The notes under the pieces were generated by a model. The model worked only from the letters and a program-made list of their open reading frames with translations. It was not told the DNA's origin and made no database searches. Positions 50,833 to 60,088 of a stretch of DNA of 64,000 nucleotides are shown here, piece after piece. This DNA comes from Alphaproteobacteria bacterium (lineage in GTDB: Bacteria > Pseudomonadota > Alphaproteobacteria > Bin95), in assembly GCA_964291285.2 (NCBI GenBank), contig OZ219787.1:672001-736000 (forward strand), in the 5' to 3' direction. Position 1 is the stretch's first letter. Each line of letters begins with the position of its first letter. The position numbers were made by a program, and so were the translations under genes.

Positions 50833-51643
50833 CCTCTCCAACGGACTGCCGAACAACACCGATCCCCGGGAACTTATCCGGCTCCTGCGGCGCCCCGGCG
50901 TGGCCGCGCGCATGGGACTGCACGGCAACCCCGAAGGGCCGATACGCCTTCTGGAATACTGGATCGGCGGTGTCGACGAGAAGGAATGGCTCGTGGGCGG
51001 TCGTCCCATATCGAGGGTCACGCCGCAGCAGGCCATGAACGATCTGGGACTGAGCAAAGCCGAGTTTCAGGACTACGCGCGACGGCTCCGCAAGATCGGC
51101 GCCTTCGCTCCGGTCGGATTCGATCTCGACGAAGACTCCGGGGTCTTCGATACCCCGCTCCTGGCGGCATCTCCCGCAACAGTCGACGATCTCCCATCCG
51201 TACCGGTTCGGGGACCCGACCGCATGCCTCCCTCAATCAGGGAAGCGCTCGCGCTGGTCGAGAAGATCGAAGCCATGACCGAAGCCGAGCGGAACGCGCT
51301 TTCGTCGGCAGAGAAGGACCTTTGGCTGGCCGCCACCGCAGTCAGCCGCATGCCCGTGCCCCTCGCACGGTTCATGCCGCCACTCGGAGCGCTGGACTGC
51401 GACACCGTGATCGCGGCCACGAAACAGGCCTTGCCCGAGTTCCGGATGTCGCCGCGCGCCTGGAAGGACTTCTGCCGCCAACTGCCCGAATTCCACGCGG
51501 TTATCGCCGTATGCATCGTGGTCGGAGAAATCCTCGACCACCCCGGGCCGGTCCCGGAGGACCTGCCCGACAAGATCCTCAGGCAGCTTTCGACCCAAGA
51601 AAGCACGACCTCCTTCTTCAACTCCCGTAAGCACAAGAGCTGA
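50825..51643 (+). CDS. Shortened, divergent RepC-like protein (272 aa)
   Basis: ATG overlaps repC stop by 8 bp; EKEWLVGGRPI and FRMSPRAWKDFCRQL..AVIAVCIV resemble the RepC N- and C-domain motifs. Confidence 0.55.
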   Translation: MPDLSNGLPNNTDPRELIRLLRRPGVAARMGLHGNPEGPIRLLEYWIGGVDEKEWLVGGRPISRVTPQQAMNDLGLSKAEFQDYARRLRKIGAFAPVGFDLDEDSGVFDTPLLAASPATVDDLPSVPVRGPDRMPPSIREALALVEKIEAMTEAERNALSSAEKDLWLAATAVSRMPVPLARFMPPLGALDCDTVIAATKQALPEFRMSPRAWKDFCRQLPEFHAVIAVCIVVGEILDHPGPVPEDLPDKILRQLSTQESTTSFFNSRKHKS

Positions 51644-51649
51644 CCAAGC

Positions 51650-52309
51650 ATGAGCGAACCAGACATCTACGCCGTCATCAGCCAGAAGGGCGGGTCCGGC
51701 AAAACCACGATTTCCACGAACCTCGCCGTCGAGGCCTGTCTGGCCGGAAAGAGGGCGATGATCGTGGACACGGACCCCCAGGGGTCCTCCGGGACCTGGA
51801 GCGATATTCGCGACAAGCCCTTCCCCGAGGTCATCACGACGCAGCCGAGCCGGTTGCCCAGGGAGATCGGGCGAGCTGCCGAGAGCGGCTTCGAGGTCAT
51901 CGTCCTCGACACCCCCGGGCACACCGACATGTCGATGCTGACCGCGGCCCAGCACGCCCGCCTGGTCATCATCCCGTGCCGGCCGCAGGTGTTCGACCTC
52001 GCGTCGATCCGGATGAGCCTCGACGTCTGCCGCATGGCGCAGACTCCCGCAGTCATCGTCTTCTCCGCAGCACCTACACGCGGGCACAGGCCCATCGGCT
52101 CTGCGAGAGATCTTCTGGCCCACGAGGACGTTCCGATCCTGCCGGCGATGCTTCGTCAGCGGACCGCTTTCGCTCACGCATCCTCCTACGGTCTGGGAGT
52201 GAGCGAGTTCGCACCGCGCTGCCCCGCAGCGGTCGAGGCACAAGCGCTCGCCGCTGCCGTCTTCGCCTGGCCCGAACCCGCGCTCACTGTCGTTTCGGCC
52301 GCATCCTGA
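51650..52309 (+). CDS. parA: ParA family ATPase (short form, no N-terminal HTH)
   Basis: QKGGSGKTT deviant Walker A, VDTDPQGS, LDTPG. Confidence 0.92.
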   Translation: MSEPDIYAVISQKGGSGKTTISTNLAVEACLAGKRAMIVDTDPQGSSGTWSDIRDKPFPEVITTQPSRLPREIGRAAESGFEVIVLDTPGHTDMSMLTAAQHARLVIIPCRPQVFDLASIRMSLDVCRMAQTPAVIVFSAAPTRGHRPIGSARDLLAHEDVPILPAMLRQRTAFAHASSYGLGVSEFAPRCPAAVEAQALAAAVFAWPEPALTVVSAAS

Positions 52310-52327
52310 TCCCACCGGAGACCTTTC

Positions 52328-53311
52328 ATGAGCCGCGATACCAAGCTCGACAAGAAACTGGAGCGGGCCATGGCCACCGCCCCCAAGGGTCTAGCAGAGG
52401 CCGAAATCCCGAACGCCGTTCAACACCGGCGGTCCCTGCCGACGCCGCTCGACATGATCGAAGTCGAAGACCGGCTTCGAGCCGTCGACGAGGCCGCCGT
52501 CGAGCACATCGCGGAGTCCATGGAGCAGCGAGGGCAGATCTACCCGATCCAGATCACCACGATCGAGCCAGGCCAGTTCCGCCTGGTCAACGGCGCCCAT
52601 CGGATCGCCGCAGCCCGGAAGCTTGGCTGGACGCATATCGAGGCGTTCCTGGTCGATGGTCTGGAGGAGGAAGAGGTCCGGCTTCTGGAAATCGACGAGA
52701 ACCTGTGCCGGGCCGAACTCAATGCGATCGACAAGGCCCACTTCTTTGCCAAGCGCAAGGAGATCTACCTGCGCCTGTATCCGGAAACTCGGAACGGGGG
52801 AGACCGCAAGAGCTTGGAATACCGAAATAATATCAGATGGCCGAATCGGCCAACTGATCCCGGCAGCCCAAACTTGCCTGCGAGCCGTCCACGACCGTAT
52901 GCGGAGGATACCGCAGCTTCGACACCGTGGTCCCCCCGCGTCATTCGACGCTACACCCGTATTGGTGAGCGCCTCGACCCCGCGCTCCGCGAGGCTCTTG
53001 CGGCTACCCCAATCGGCCGTCGTACGCGAGACCTCGAGACCATCGCCGACATGAAGCCGGACAAGCAACAGGACGTGCTGCAGCGGCTGCAAACCGCGCA
53101 ACAGCCTCCGACGTCCCTGTCGGCTCTCATGGCGGACCCCTACCGGCCGTCCTCTCCCCGAAAGACGAACCTGGACCGGCTGACCGCGCTCTGGTCGGAG
53201 ACCTCCGCGAGCCACCGGCGCCAATTCCTCGAATATCTCTGCAACGAAGCTTCCGAAGCCGAACGCGACGAGCTCCGTAAAGCACTCACCAACCAGGGAG
53301 ACTCCTCATGA
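52328..53311 (+). CDS. ParB/Srx-domain protein 1
   Basis: LVNGAHRIAA, EIDENLCR.EL, YPETRNGGDRKS. Confidence 0.85.
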   Translation: MSRDTKLDKKLERAMATAPKGLAEAEIPNAVQHRRSLPTPLDMIEVEDRLRAVDEAAVEHIAESMEQRGQIYPIQITTIEPGQFRLVNGAHRIAAARKLGWTHIEAFLVDGLEEEEVRLLEIDENLCRAELNAIDKAHFFAKRKEIYLRLYPETRNGGDRKSLEYRNNIRWPNRPTDPGSPNLPASRPRPYAEDTAASTPWSPRVIRRYTRIGERLDPALREALAATPIGRRTRDLETIADMKPDKQQDVLQRLQTAQQPPTSLSALMADPYRPSSPRKTNLDRLTALWSETSASHRRQFLEYLCNEASEAERDELRKALTNQGDSS

Positions 53312-53586
53312 CCACCCTTGCCGAAATTGACGCACGCATTCACCAGCCGGGCCTGACCGTGCTGGACCAGGTCGAGCTGCTGATGCAGCGCAAGCGCGCC
53401 TACTACGCCCATTCCCCCACGATAACCCCTCACGAGCTGATCGAGGCCGTGGACAACCGTCCTGATCTGCAGCCTCTCGACGGCGCCCTGCTCCTGCGGC
53501 TGATGCGAAACGCATGCCGCGGCACCCTGACGTCCGCCGAGCTGGAAGAAATCCTCGACGAGCTCGAACGGGCAGAGAAAGACTGA
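53308..53586 (+). CDS. Hypothetical protein (92 aa)
   Basis: Translationally coupled on both sides (ATGA, TGATG); GGAG SD. Confidence 0.65.
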   Translation: MTTLAEIDARIHQPGLTVLDQVELLMQRKRAYYAHSPTITPHELIEAVDNRPDLQPLDGALLLRLMRNACRGTLTSAELEEILDELERAEKD

Positions 53587-54488
53587 TGGACGCCCCGGCT
53601 GCCACCCCCGTCGTCATGCGGGAGGAGCCGCGCCAGACGGTCCTCCTGGAGCTGGACCGCATCGATCTCGGCCAGCGTCTCCGGACGATAAACGGCGGCA
53701 CCGTCCAGCACCTTGCGGAAAGCATGAAGATCCACGGTCTCCAGTATCCGATCCAGGTGCGCATGGACGGCGACCGCTATGCGCTGGTCTCCGGCGCTCA
53801 CCGGCTTCAAGCCGCGCGCCACCTCGCCTGGCCGCATATCGAGGCTTTCGTCCTCGACCTGCTCGACGAGGACACGCTGGCGCTGCTGGAGATCGACGAG
53901 AACCTGATGCGCGCCGAGCTCAACCCGCTCGACCGCGGCGTCTTCCTCGCGCGGCGCAAGGAGATCTACGAGCGGCTCTATCCGGAGACCCGGCGCGGCG
54001 GCGACCGGCGAAGCTCCGCCTACCAGGGCCAGAACGACGACGGCTCACACCGCGGCTTCGTCGCGGAGACCGCGTCCTTCACGCCGTTCTCTCCCTGGAC
54101 GATCCGCCGGGCGCTGCGCATCGGAGAGAAGATCGCCCCCGAGCTCCGCGAAGAGATCGCCATGACGGCCATCGCCTACCGAGAAGGTGACCTCTTCACC
54201 ATTTCCGGAATGGACAGTGAAGAGCAGGACCGCCTTCTGGAGGACCTCCAGAGCGCCGAACAGGAAGTCCAGGCGCTGTCCGACGTGCATCCGCGAAGAG
54301 AGCCCACCGAAAACCCGAACCCGGCGCCTGACCCGTCCTCCAACGACGAGCCGGCGCCGGAAAAGACGACGCTCGAGCGCCTGCAGACGCTATGGATCGC
54401 AGCCAGCGAGGATGAACAGGCGCAGTTCATGGCCTGGCTCGAACACATGACCGGGCAGGGCAGCGCCGAGCAGCCCGCGGCGTGCTGA
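53586..54488 (+). CDS. ParB/Srx-domain protein 2
   Basis: LVSGAHRLQA, EIDENLMRAEL, YPETRRGGDRRS; start at ATG 53586. Confidence 0.85.
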   Translation: MDAPAATPVVMREEPRQTVLLELDRIDLGQRLRTINGGTVQHLAESMKIHGLQYPIQVRMDGDRYALVSGAHRLQAARHLAWPHIEAFVLDLLDEDTLALLEIDENLMRAELNPLDRGVFLARRKEIYERLYPETRRGGDRRSSAYQGQNDDGSHRGFVAETASFTPFSPWTIRRALRIGEKIAPELREEIAMTAIAYREGDLFTISGMDSEEQDRLLEDLQSAEQEVQALSDVHPRREPTENPNPAPDPSSNDEPAPEKTTLERLQTLWIAASEDEQAQFMAWLEHMTGQGSAEQPAAC

Positions 54489-54604
54489 CAGACGCACACC
54501 GGCCAGGCAGATCCATGTATTCACCCCTTGCATCCGCAGCCGCGACGCGCTATGGTCCCTTCCTGATCGAGGCGCCCTCCAGGTCCGCTGCGGACGCCGA
54601 AAAA

Positions 54605-54679
54605 ATCAAAGTAGGTAAAACCCTCACTTTGATTTTCTGGCCCCGACCCGATCAAAGTTGGTACAACCCTCACTTTGAT
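54605..54679. repeat. Two tandem palindromic sites ATCAAAGT-N13-ACTTTGAT
   Basis: 54605-54633 and 54651-54679, 46-bp period, spacers AGGTAAAACCCTC / TGGTACAACCCTC. Confidence 0.85.
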
Positions 54680-54828
54680 TTTTCCCGCGCGGGACGCGCC
54701 GGCCTTCCGGTATTGGAGACGCGCCTGTTCCGTTTTTGTGCTCGCCGATGCCGCCTGCCCGGGGCAGGATCCGGACACAACGACTTCACACGCAGGCCGT
54801 TCCCGGTGCGCTCATGGCCCGGGTCAGT

Positions 54829-55150
54829 TCACGTCAGCACGCGAAGCGCCGCCTCCGGCGCCTTGTCAAGCACCCGCAGCAGGGCGCGCGCTGCCCCGGT
54901 CGGGCAGCGCTTCCCCTGCTCCCAATTCCGGATCGTTTCCAGCGACACGTCGATGCGCCGCGCAAGTTCCGTCTGGCTAAGGCCCATCCGGCGCCGGACC
55001 CGGCGTGTGTAGCGTGCCATGTCCTGCAACGCTTCAGCCTCGTCTTCCCGCTCCTGCGCCGCAATCTCCGCTTCCGTGGTTCCGTCCACCCTGGCCGGAT
55101 CGATCCGCCCTTCGGGGAATGTGGATGGATCGTCGGGATCGATCCTGATG
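54829..55150 (-). CDS. Xre/HTH antitoxin-like protein, 5' end degenerate
   Basis: RRRMGLSQTELARRIDVSLETIRNWEQGKRCP; frame extends to RIDPDDP without ATG; internal GTG at 55089. Confidence 0.65.
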
Positions 55151-55195
55151 CACGTTGCGCTGACAGCCCGCGACCTCCCTGGGGTTCTTCCAGCG

Positions 55196-55774
55196 TCAGG
55201 GCCAGAGCGCGCCCAGCGGGAAGGTCACTGCCTCGAAGGGCGGAAAGCGTACCGGCTCGTCTTCCTGCGCAGCGCCCGTCGGCGTCCAGGCACCGTCCTT
55301 CAGCACGAATGCCTCCAGCGTCCTGGCCGCCGGATCGACGAACCAGAGGTGACGGACACCCTCCCGCGCATAGACCGGGCGCTTTTCTTCAAGATCGAAC
55401 GTCCGCGTCGAAGGGGAAAGAATCTCGCACACCCAGTCAGGCGCCAGGGTGATGTAGGCCTCGTCAGGCGGTTCGGGCATCCGCTCCCGCCGCCAGCCGG
55501 CAAGATCGGGCACCAGGACGTCCTCGCCGAAATGGAGCTCGGGCTCGTCGACGATCCACCATCCGCCAGGACCGCCACGCCCCCTCTGGAACGGGCCGCC
55601 GATTTCGATACCGAGCGAGGAACCGGCTATGGCGTGACGAAAGGCCGGCCTCGGCTGCATATGCAGGGCGCCTTCGACGATCTCCGCGACCATATGCGCC
55701 GGCGCGTCCAATACGTCCTGGTAGTTGGCCCTGCGGGCCGGACCGCGCCGTCGCAACGCCCCCTGGGCATTCAT
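55196..55774 (-). CDS. Uma2 family (PD-(D/E)xK) endonuclease
   Basis: AEIVEG, EPELHF, VPDLAGW, PDWVCEILSPST, EKRPVYA. Confidence 0.88.
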   Translation of the reverse strand: MNAQGALRRRGPARRANYQDVLDAPAHMVAEIVEGALHMQPRPAFRHAIAGSSLGIEIGGPFQRGRGGPGGWWIVDEPELHFGEDVLVPDLAGWRRERMPEPPDEAYITLAPDWVCEILSPSTRTFDLEEKRPVYAREGVRHLWFVDPAARTLEAFVLKDGAWTPTGAAQEDEPVRFPPFEAVTFPLGALWP

Positions 55775-56067
55775 GCCATCAACTCCGGTGGTGAGCGCCG
55801 ACCCCATGCTACGCCCGCATCGCCCGCCTGTCACGGTCACCACGATATCGCTGCGGCGTTCCGGGCCGGGCATTCATCCCCTCGGCCGGGAAGCTCTTCA
55901 AGCCCGGGCATTCCCTGTTTTCGCCAGCATTCCCACTCCCGACCGAAAGGGGAAGCGGACCGACACGCTACCTGGCATGACGTCAACGAACAGGCACCCA
56001 TGAACACGGAAACCGGCAGGCAGCCCTGCCCGCCACCACTCTCACGCCCTCCCAACAGGTACACCAG

Positions 56068-56550
56068 ATGTCCCGCAGCTTACCCCTCCCGGAATCCCCC
56101 GACTTCCCGTCGCGCTTCCGCCGCCTTACCGCCCTGCAGCAGGCACAGGCCCTTGCCCAGGGTAAACGCCGTCACGAACGCAAATACGGGACACCGCCCC
56201 GCGGCGGCGATCGCCAGTCCGCAGCGTTTCGTGCACTTCGAGAACAAGAGGGCCATCGGCCCGATTACTCCCGTCCCGACCGGTGCGGCTTCACCAACTT
56301 CGTCGCCTGGCGTCTCGGATGCACTCCACGATCCATCCAGATCGCCGTGCGAATGGCCGAACGGATCCCCACGCCGCTGCAGGCCGCGCTCGCCAAAACC
56401 GCCATTGGGAACCGGAAGAAGGACCTGGTCCGGATCACCGCCATGAGCCCGCGACAACACACCGACCTTCTCCAGAGGCTGAAGGACGGACCGGTAGCCC
56501 TCACGCTCGACGAGGCTCTCGCATCACCGAAAAGCGCCGAAGCAGCATGA
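56068..56550 (+). CDS. ParB-related protein 3 lacking the N-terminal ParB/Srx domain
   Basis: PRGGDRQS and following helical/HTH region align by eye with ParB-like 1 and 2. Confidence 0.6.
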   Translation: MSRSLPLPESPDFPSRFRRLTALQQAQALAQGKRRHERKYGTPPRGGDRQSAAFRALREQEGHRPDYSRPDRCGFTNFVAWRLGCTPRSIQIAVRMAERIPTPLQAALAKTAIGNRKKDLVRITAMSPRQHTDLLQRLKDGPVALTLDEALASPKSAEAA

Positions 56551-57119
56551 CCGTAACCACCCGCCTCACACCAGGGCCCCCACCAACGATGAACACGCCG
56601 GACCCCGTCGACATTCTGATTGCCGATGGCGTCGACCACGCATTCCGCCAGCTTTCGCTCGCGCTTGAACAGCGCGTCCCCGCGCTCCTGATCGCCATGC
56701 CCGGCGAAAGCACCCGCCGATGCTGGCAGATAGCCTCTGGCTGGGCCCAGGCAATCGGCGCTTCCTCCCATGACATCGACATTCCCACTCTTGGCGGCGT
56801 TGAGGCCTTGAAGGAAGCGGAACGCCAGGTCCCGGACAACCAGGTCCTCATTCTCAGCCGGCTGCACCTTGCCGAAGACAACGAGCGCGACGCCGCGTCG
56901 CGCCTTGCCAGCGGGCGCGCAATGCGCGGCGCCCCCGTCGTTCTCTCCGGTCGCCGCGACCTCACGGGCGCCTGGACAAGCGAAAGGGACGATTTCGTTC
57001 CCACCATCCGACACGCCTCCGATGACGACGATCCACGCTTCCCGGCCCCTACCGAACTCGTCCTGCCACCCGGCCCCCGGCCTGGCAGCGCTCCCCCGGA
57101 AGAGGAAGCGACATCATGA
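56547..57119 (+). CDS. Hypothetical protein
   Basis: ATGA overlaps at both ends. Confidence 0.55.
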   Translation: MTVTTRLTPGPPPTMNTPDPVDILIADGVDHAFRQLSLALEQRVPALLIAMPGESTRRCWQIASGWAQAIGASSHDIDIPTLGGVEALKEAERQVPDNQVLILSRLHLAEDNERDAASRLASGRAMRGAPVVLSGRRDLTGAWTSERDDFVPTIRHASDDDDPRFPAPTELVLPPGPRPGSAPPEEEATS

Positions 57120-57304
57120 GGTTCATAGCCCCGCCGAAGGAACCCCCACCGCCCGTGAGCGAGCTCCTCCTCGAGCTCATCAACGCATACCCCTTCATCT
57201 TCTACCCGACCCTTGTCATCGTCTTCCTGGCGGCCGCCGCGTTCGCGCTCACATTGCTCGACCAACGCCGCCGGCGCCGGGCCCAAGCGCGCGCCGATGG
57301 CTGA
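57116..57304 (+). CDS. Small single-pass membrane protein
   Basis: Hydrophobic FIFYPTLVIVFLAAAAFALTLL followed by RRRRR. Confidence 0.55.
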   Translation: MRFIAPPKEPPPPVSELLLELINAYPFIFYPTLVIVFLAAAAFALTLLDQRRRRRAQARADG

Positions 57305-57482
57305 CAAGACCCGGATCGAGCGGTCGGACGCGACCTGGAACGCCGGCGCGGATGCACTCGACGGACCGCACTGGTGGATCGAGGAGAACCTCTGCTCCGT
57401 TTGCGCCACGAAGATGCAGGCCGCAGCAGACCCCGCCTATGCGGGCCTCTATGCCGACGACGGTCCGCCGGAACTTCCGTGA
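57297..57482 (+). CDS. Small hypothetical protein with CxxC
   Basis: MADKTRIERS...NLCSVCA; ATG overlaps previous stop. Confidence 0.4.
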   Translation: MADKTRIERSDATWNAGADALDGPHWWIEENLCSVCATKMQAAADPAYAGLYADDGPPELP

Positions 57483-57552
57483 CCGGAAATCACCCGAACC
57501 CAGGAGTTTGAGGGAAGCCTCTTCGAGGCGAACCGAACAGACGGAGGCTATC

Positions 57553-58299
57553 ATGGACGCCGCGACACTGCCGGACACCGACGAGCTCCTCCCGCCCGTC
57601 GCCCACACCATCTGGGACATGAAATACCGCTTCAAGGAGCGGGACGGCACGCCGATCGACCGGACGATGAACGACACCCGCCTGCGCGTTGCCCGGGCGT
57701 TGGCCGCGAACGACACCGAAGTGGAGATGTTCACCGACGGCATGCGCGGCTGGAAATTCCTCCCGGCCGGCCGGATCCTCGCCGGCGCCGGCACCGACCG
57801 GCAGGTCACCCTCATCAACTGCTTCGTGCTGGGCCAGATCGACGACAGCCTCTCCGGCATCCTGGACGGACTGAAGGACGCGGCCACCACCATGCAGGCC
57901 GGAGGCGGCATCGGCCACGACTTCTCGACGCTGCGTCCGAAAGGCGCACCGGTGCAACGCGTCGGCGCCGATGCCTCGGGCCCGCTGTCCTTCATGAACA
58001 TGTGGGACTCGATGTGCCGGACAATCATGAGCGCCGGCAGCCGCAGGGGCGCGATGATGGGGACGATGCGCGTCGACCATCCCGACATCGAGGACTTCAT
58101 CGACGCCAAGCGCGAGGCTGACCGCCTGCGCATGTTCAACCTCTCCGTGCTGGTCACCGACCAGTTCATGGACGCGGTCAGGAAAGACGGACCGCACGCG
58201 CTCTTCTTCGGCGGCCAGGTCTATCGCACCGTCCGGGCCCGCGACCTCTGGGACCGCATCATGCGCGCGACCTATCCCGACTTCCGCAACTCGGCTTGA
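57553..58299 (+). CDS. nrdJ: Class II (B12-dependent) ribonucleotide reductase, N-terminal fragment
   Basis: GGAGG SD; IWDMKYR, FLPAGRIL, INCFV, GGGIGHDFS, RRGAMM; 241 native aa plus IS-derived PDFRNSA*. Confidence 0.9.
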   Translation: MDAATLPDTDELLPPVAHTIWDMKYRFKERDGTPIDRTMNDTRLRVARALAANDTEVEMFTDGMRGWKFLPAGRILAGAGTDRQVTLINCFVLGQIDDSLSGILDGLKDAATTMQAGGGIGHDFSTLRPKGAPVQRVGADASGPLSFMNMWDSMCRTIMSAGSRRGAMMGTMRVDHPDIEDFIDAKREADRLRMFNLSVLVTDQFMDAVRKDGPHALFFGGQVYRTVRARDLWDRIMRATYPDFRNSA

Positions 58300-58636
58300 G
58301 AATCGACTGATTTGACGGTTTTCCGGCGCGAGAAGTGTCGGATTTCGGTGCAGTACCTCTCGGGACCGGCTTGTAGTGCCGACCTACCCCCTTGATCGGG
58401 CTGGCGAAGATCCGGACGCTGCGCTGATGTTCGTGCGCTGCAAGAGACGCTTCAAGGACGGCAAGGAGCACCGCTACTGGAGCGTTGTGGAGAACGTCCG
58501 GGTCCACGGCGGTCGGGTTGTTCAGCGTCAGGTGCTCTATCTCGGGGAGATCAACGACAGCCAGCGAGCGGCGTGGTGCCGCTCGATCGAGGTGGTGGAG
58601 GGCAAGTCGCGATCACGGCAGATGGCGCTGTTTCCC

Positions 58637-60088
58637 GGTCGTGTCCCCAGGGGTGGTGTAGGAGCTGAAGCTTCCGGTGGTAGCTGTGGGTAAGTGGCCC
58701 GCCGCCGCGACCGTCTGGAGTCAGGCGGCGGCGGGCCACTTACCCACAGCGGAGGCCATCGCGGTGCCGGTTAGGGTTGGGCTGTCACAGTCCACCTGAC
58801 CGGAGGAGTACCACGATGACCACCACCGACATGATGACCCTGCGGGCGCTGTTGGAGAAGAGTTCCGACGCCGACCTGCTTCGCGAGATGATCGGGTTCA
58901 CGGCCGCGCGTCTGATGGCGCTTGAGGTTGAGGGCCTTGCGGGCGCCGCGCACGGCGAGCGCTCGCCGGACCGGATCACGCAGCGCAACGGCTACCGGGA
59001 CCGGGTCTGGGAGACGCGGGCCGGCACGGTCGAACTGAAGATCCCGAAGCTGCGCAAGGGGAGCTACTTCCCGGGCTTCCTTGAACCGCGGCGGATGGCG
59101 GAGAAGGCGCTGACGGCGGTGATCCAGGAGGCCTACATCAAGGGCGTATCGACCCGCTCGGTGGACGACCTGGTGCAGGCGATGGGCATGTCGGGCATCT
59201 CCAAGAGCCAGGTGTCGCGGCTGTGCGGCGAGATCGACGACAAGATCCGCGACTTCCTCGACCGGCCGCTGGAGGGCGACTGGCCGTATCTCTGGCTTGA
59301 CGCGACCTATGTGAAGATGCGCGAGGCCGGGCGCGTCGTCTCGGTCGCGGTCACCATCGCGGTGGCGGTCAACGATCAGGGCCGGCGCGAGGTGCTCGGC
59401 ATGGCGATCGGCGCGTCCGAGGCCGAGACCTTCTGGACCGACTTCCTGCGCTCGCTCGCCCGCCGCGGCCTGCGCGGCGTCAAGCTGGTGATCTCCGACG
59501 ACCACAAGGGCCTGAAGGCCGCCGCCACCCGCATCTTCGGCGCCACCTGGCAGAGATGCCGCGTCCACTTCATGCGCAACCTGCTCGCCCATGCCGGCAA
59601 GCAGGGCCGGCGCGTCGTCTCCGCCTTCGTCACTACCGCCTTCGCCCAGGAGGATGCAGACAGCGCCTCCGCCCAGTGGCGCCAGGTCGCCGACCAGCTC
59701 AGGCCCAAGGCGCCAAAGCTCGCCGCCATCATGGACGAGGCCGAGCACGATGTTCTCGCCTACATGACCTTCCCGGCCGCGCACCGCGCCAAGCTGCACT
59801 CGACAAACCCGCTCGAACGCCTCCACGGCGAGATCAAGCGGCGCACAAACACCGTCGGCATCTTCCCCAACGAGGACGCCATCACCCGGCTGATCGGCGC
59901 AATCCTGCTCGAGCAGAACGATGAATGGGCAGTCCAGAGAGCCAGATACATGACGCTGGAATCCATCGCTCCCGTGAGCGACAATACAACCGTCAAGTTG
60001 CCCGCCGTGGCAGCCTGAGCGTTCCGGCCCTACCCGCCGGACACCGCTACGGACGCCAGGCTCTTACACCACCCGCGGGGGCACGATC
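58637..60088 (+). mobile_element. IS256-family insertion sequence (1452 bp)
   Basis: Imperfect 28-bp IRs (23/28) GGTCGTGTCCCCAGGGGTGGTGTAGGAG; 9-bp duplication CTGTTTCCC at 58628-58636 and 60089-60097. Confidence 0.92.
58816..60018 (+). CDS. IS256-family transposase (400 aa)
   Basis: [57 protein letters not shown]. Confidence 0.95.
   Translation: MTTTDMMTLRALLEKSSDADLLREMIGFTAARLMALEVEGLAGAAHGERSPDRITQRNGYRDRVWETRAGTVELKIPKLRKGSYFPGFLEPRRMAEKALTAVIQEAYIKGVSTRSVDDLVQAMGMSGISKSQVSRLCGEIDDKIRDFLDRPLEGDWPYLWLDATYVKMREAGRVVSVAVTIAVAVNDQGRREVLGMAIGASEAETFWTDFLRSLARRGLRGVKLVISDDHKGLKAAATRIFGATWQRCRVHFMRNLLAHAGKQGRRVVSAFVTTAFAQEDADSASAQWRQVADQLRPKAPKLAAIMDEAEHDVLAYMTFPAAHRAKLHSTNPLERLHGEIKRRTNTVGIFPNEDAITRLIGAILLEQNDEWAVQRARYMTLESIAPVSDNTTVKLPAVAA

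Noticed and set aside
54482-55012. 176-aa ORF after parB2
   Set aside because: No recognisable motif; it spans the palindromic sites and is antisense to the HTH gene
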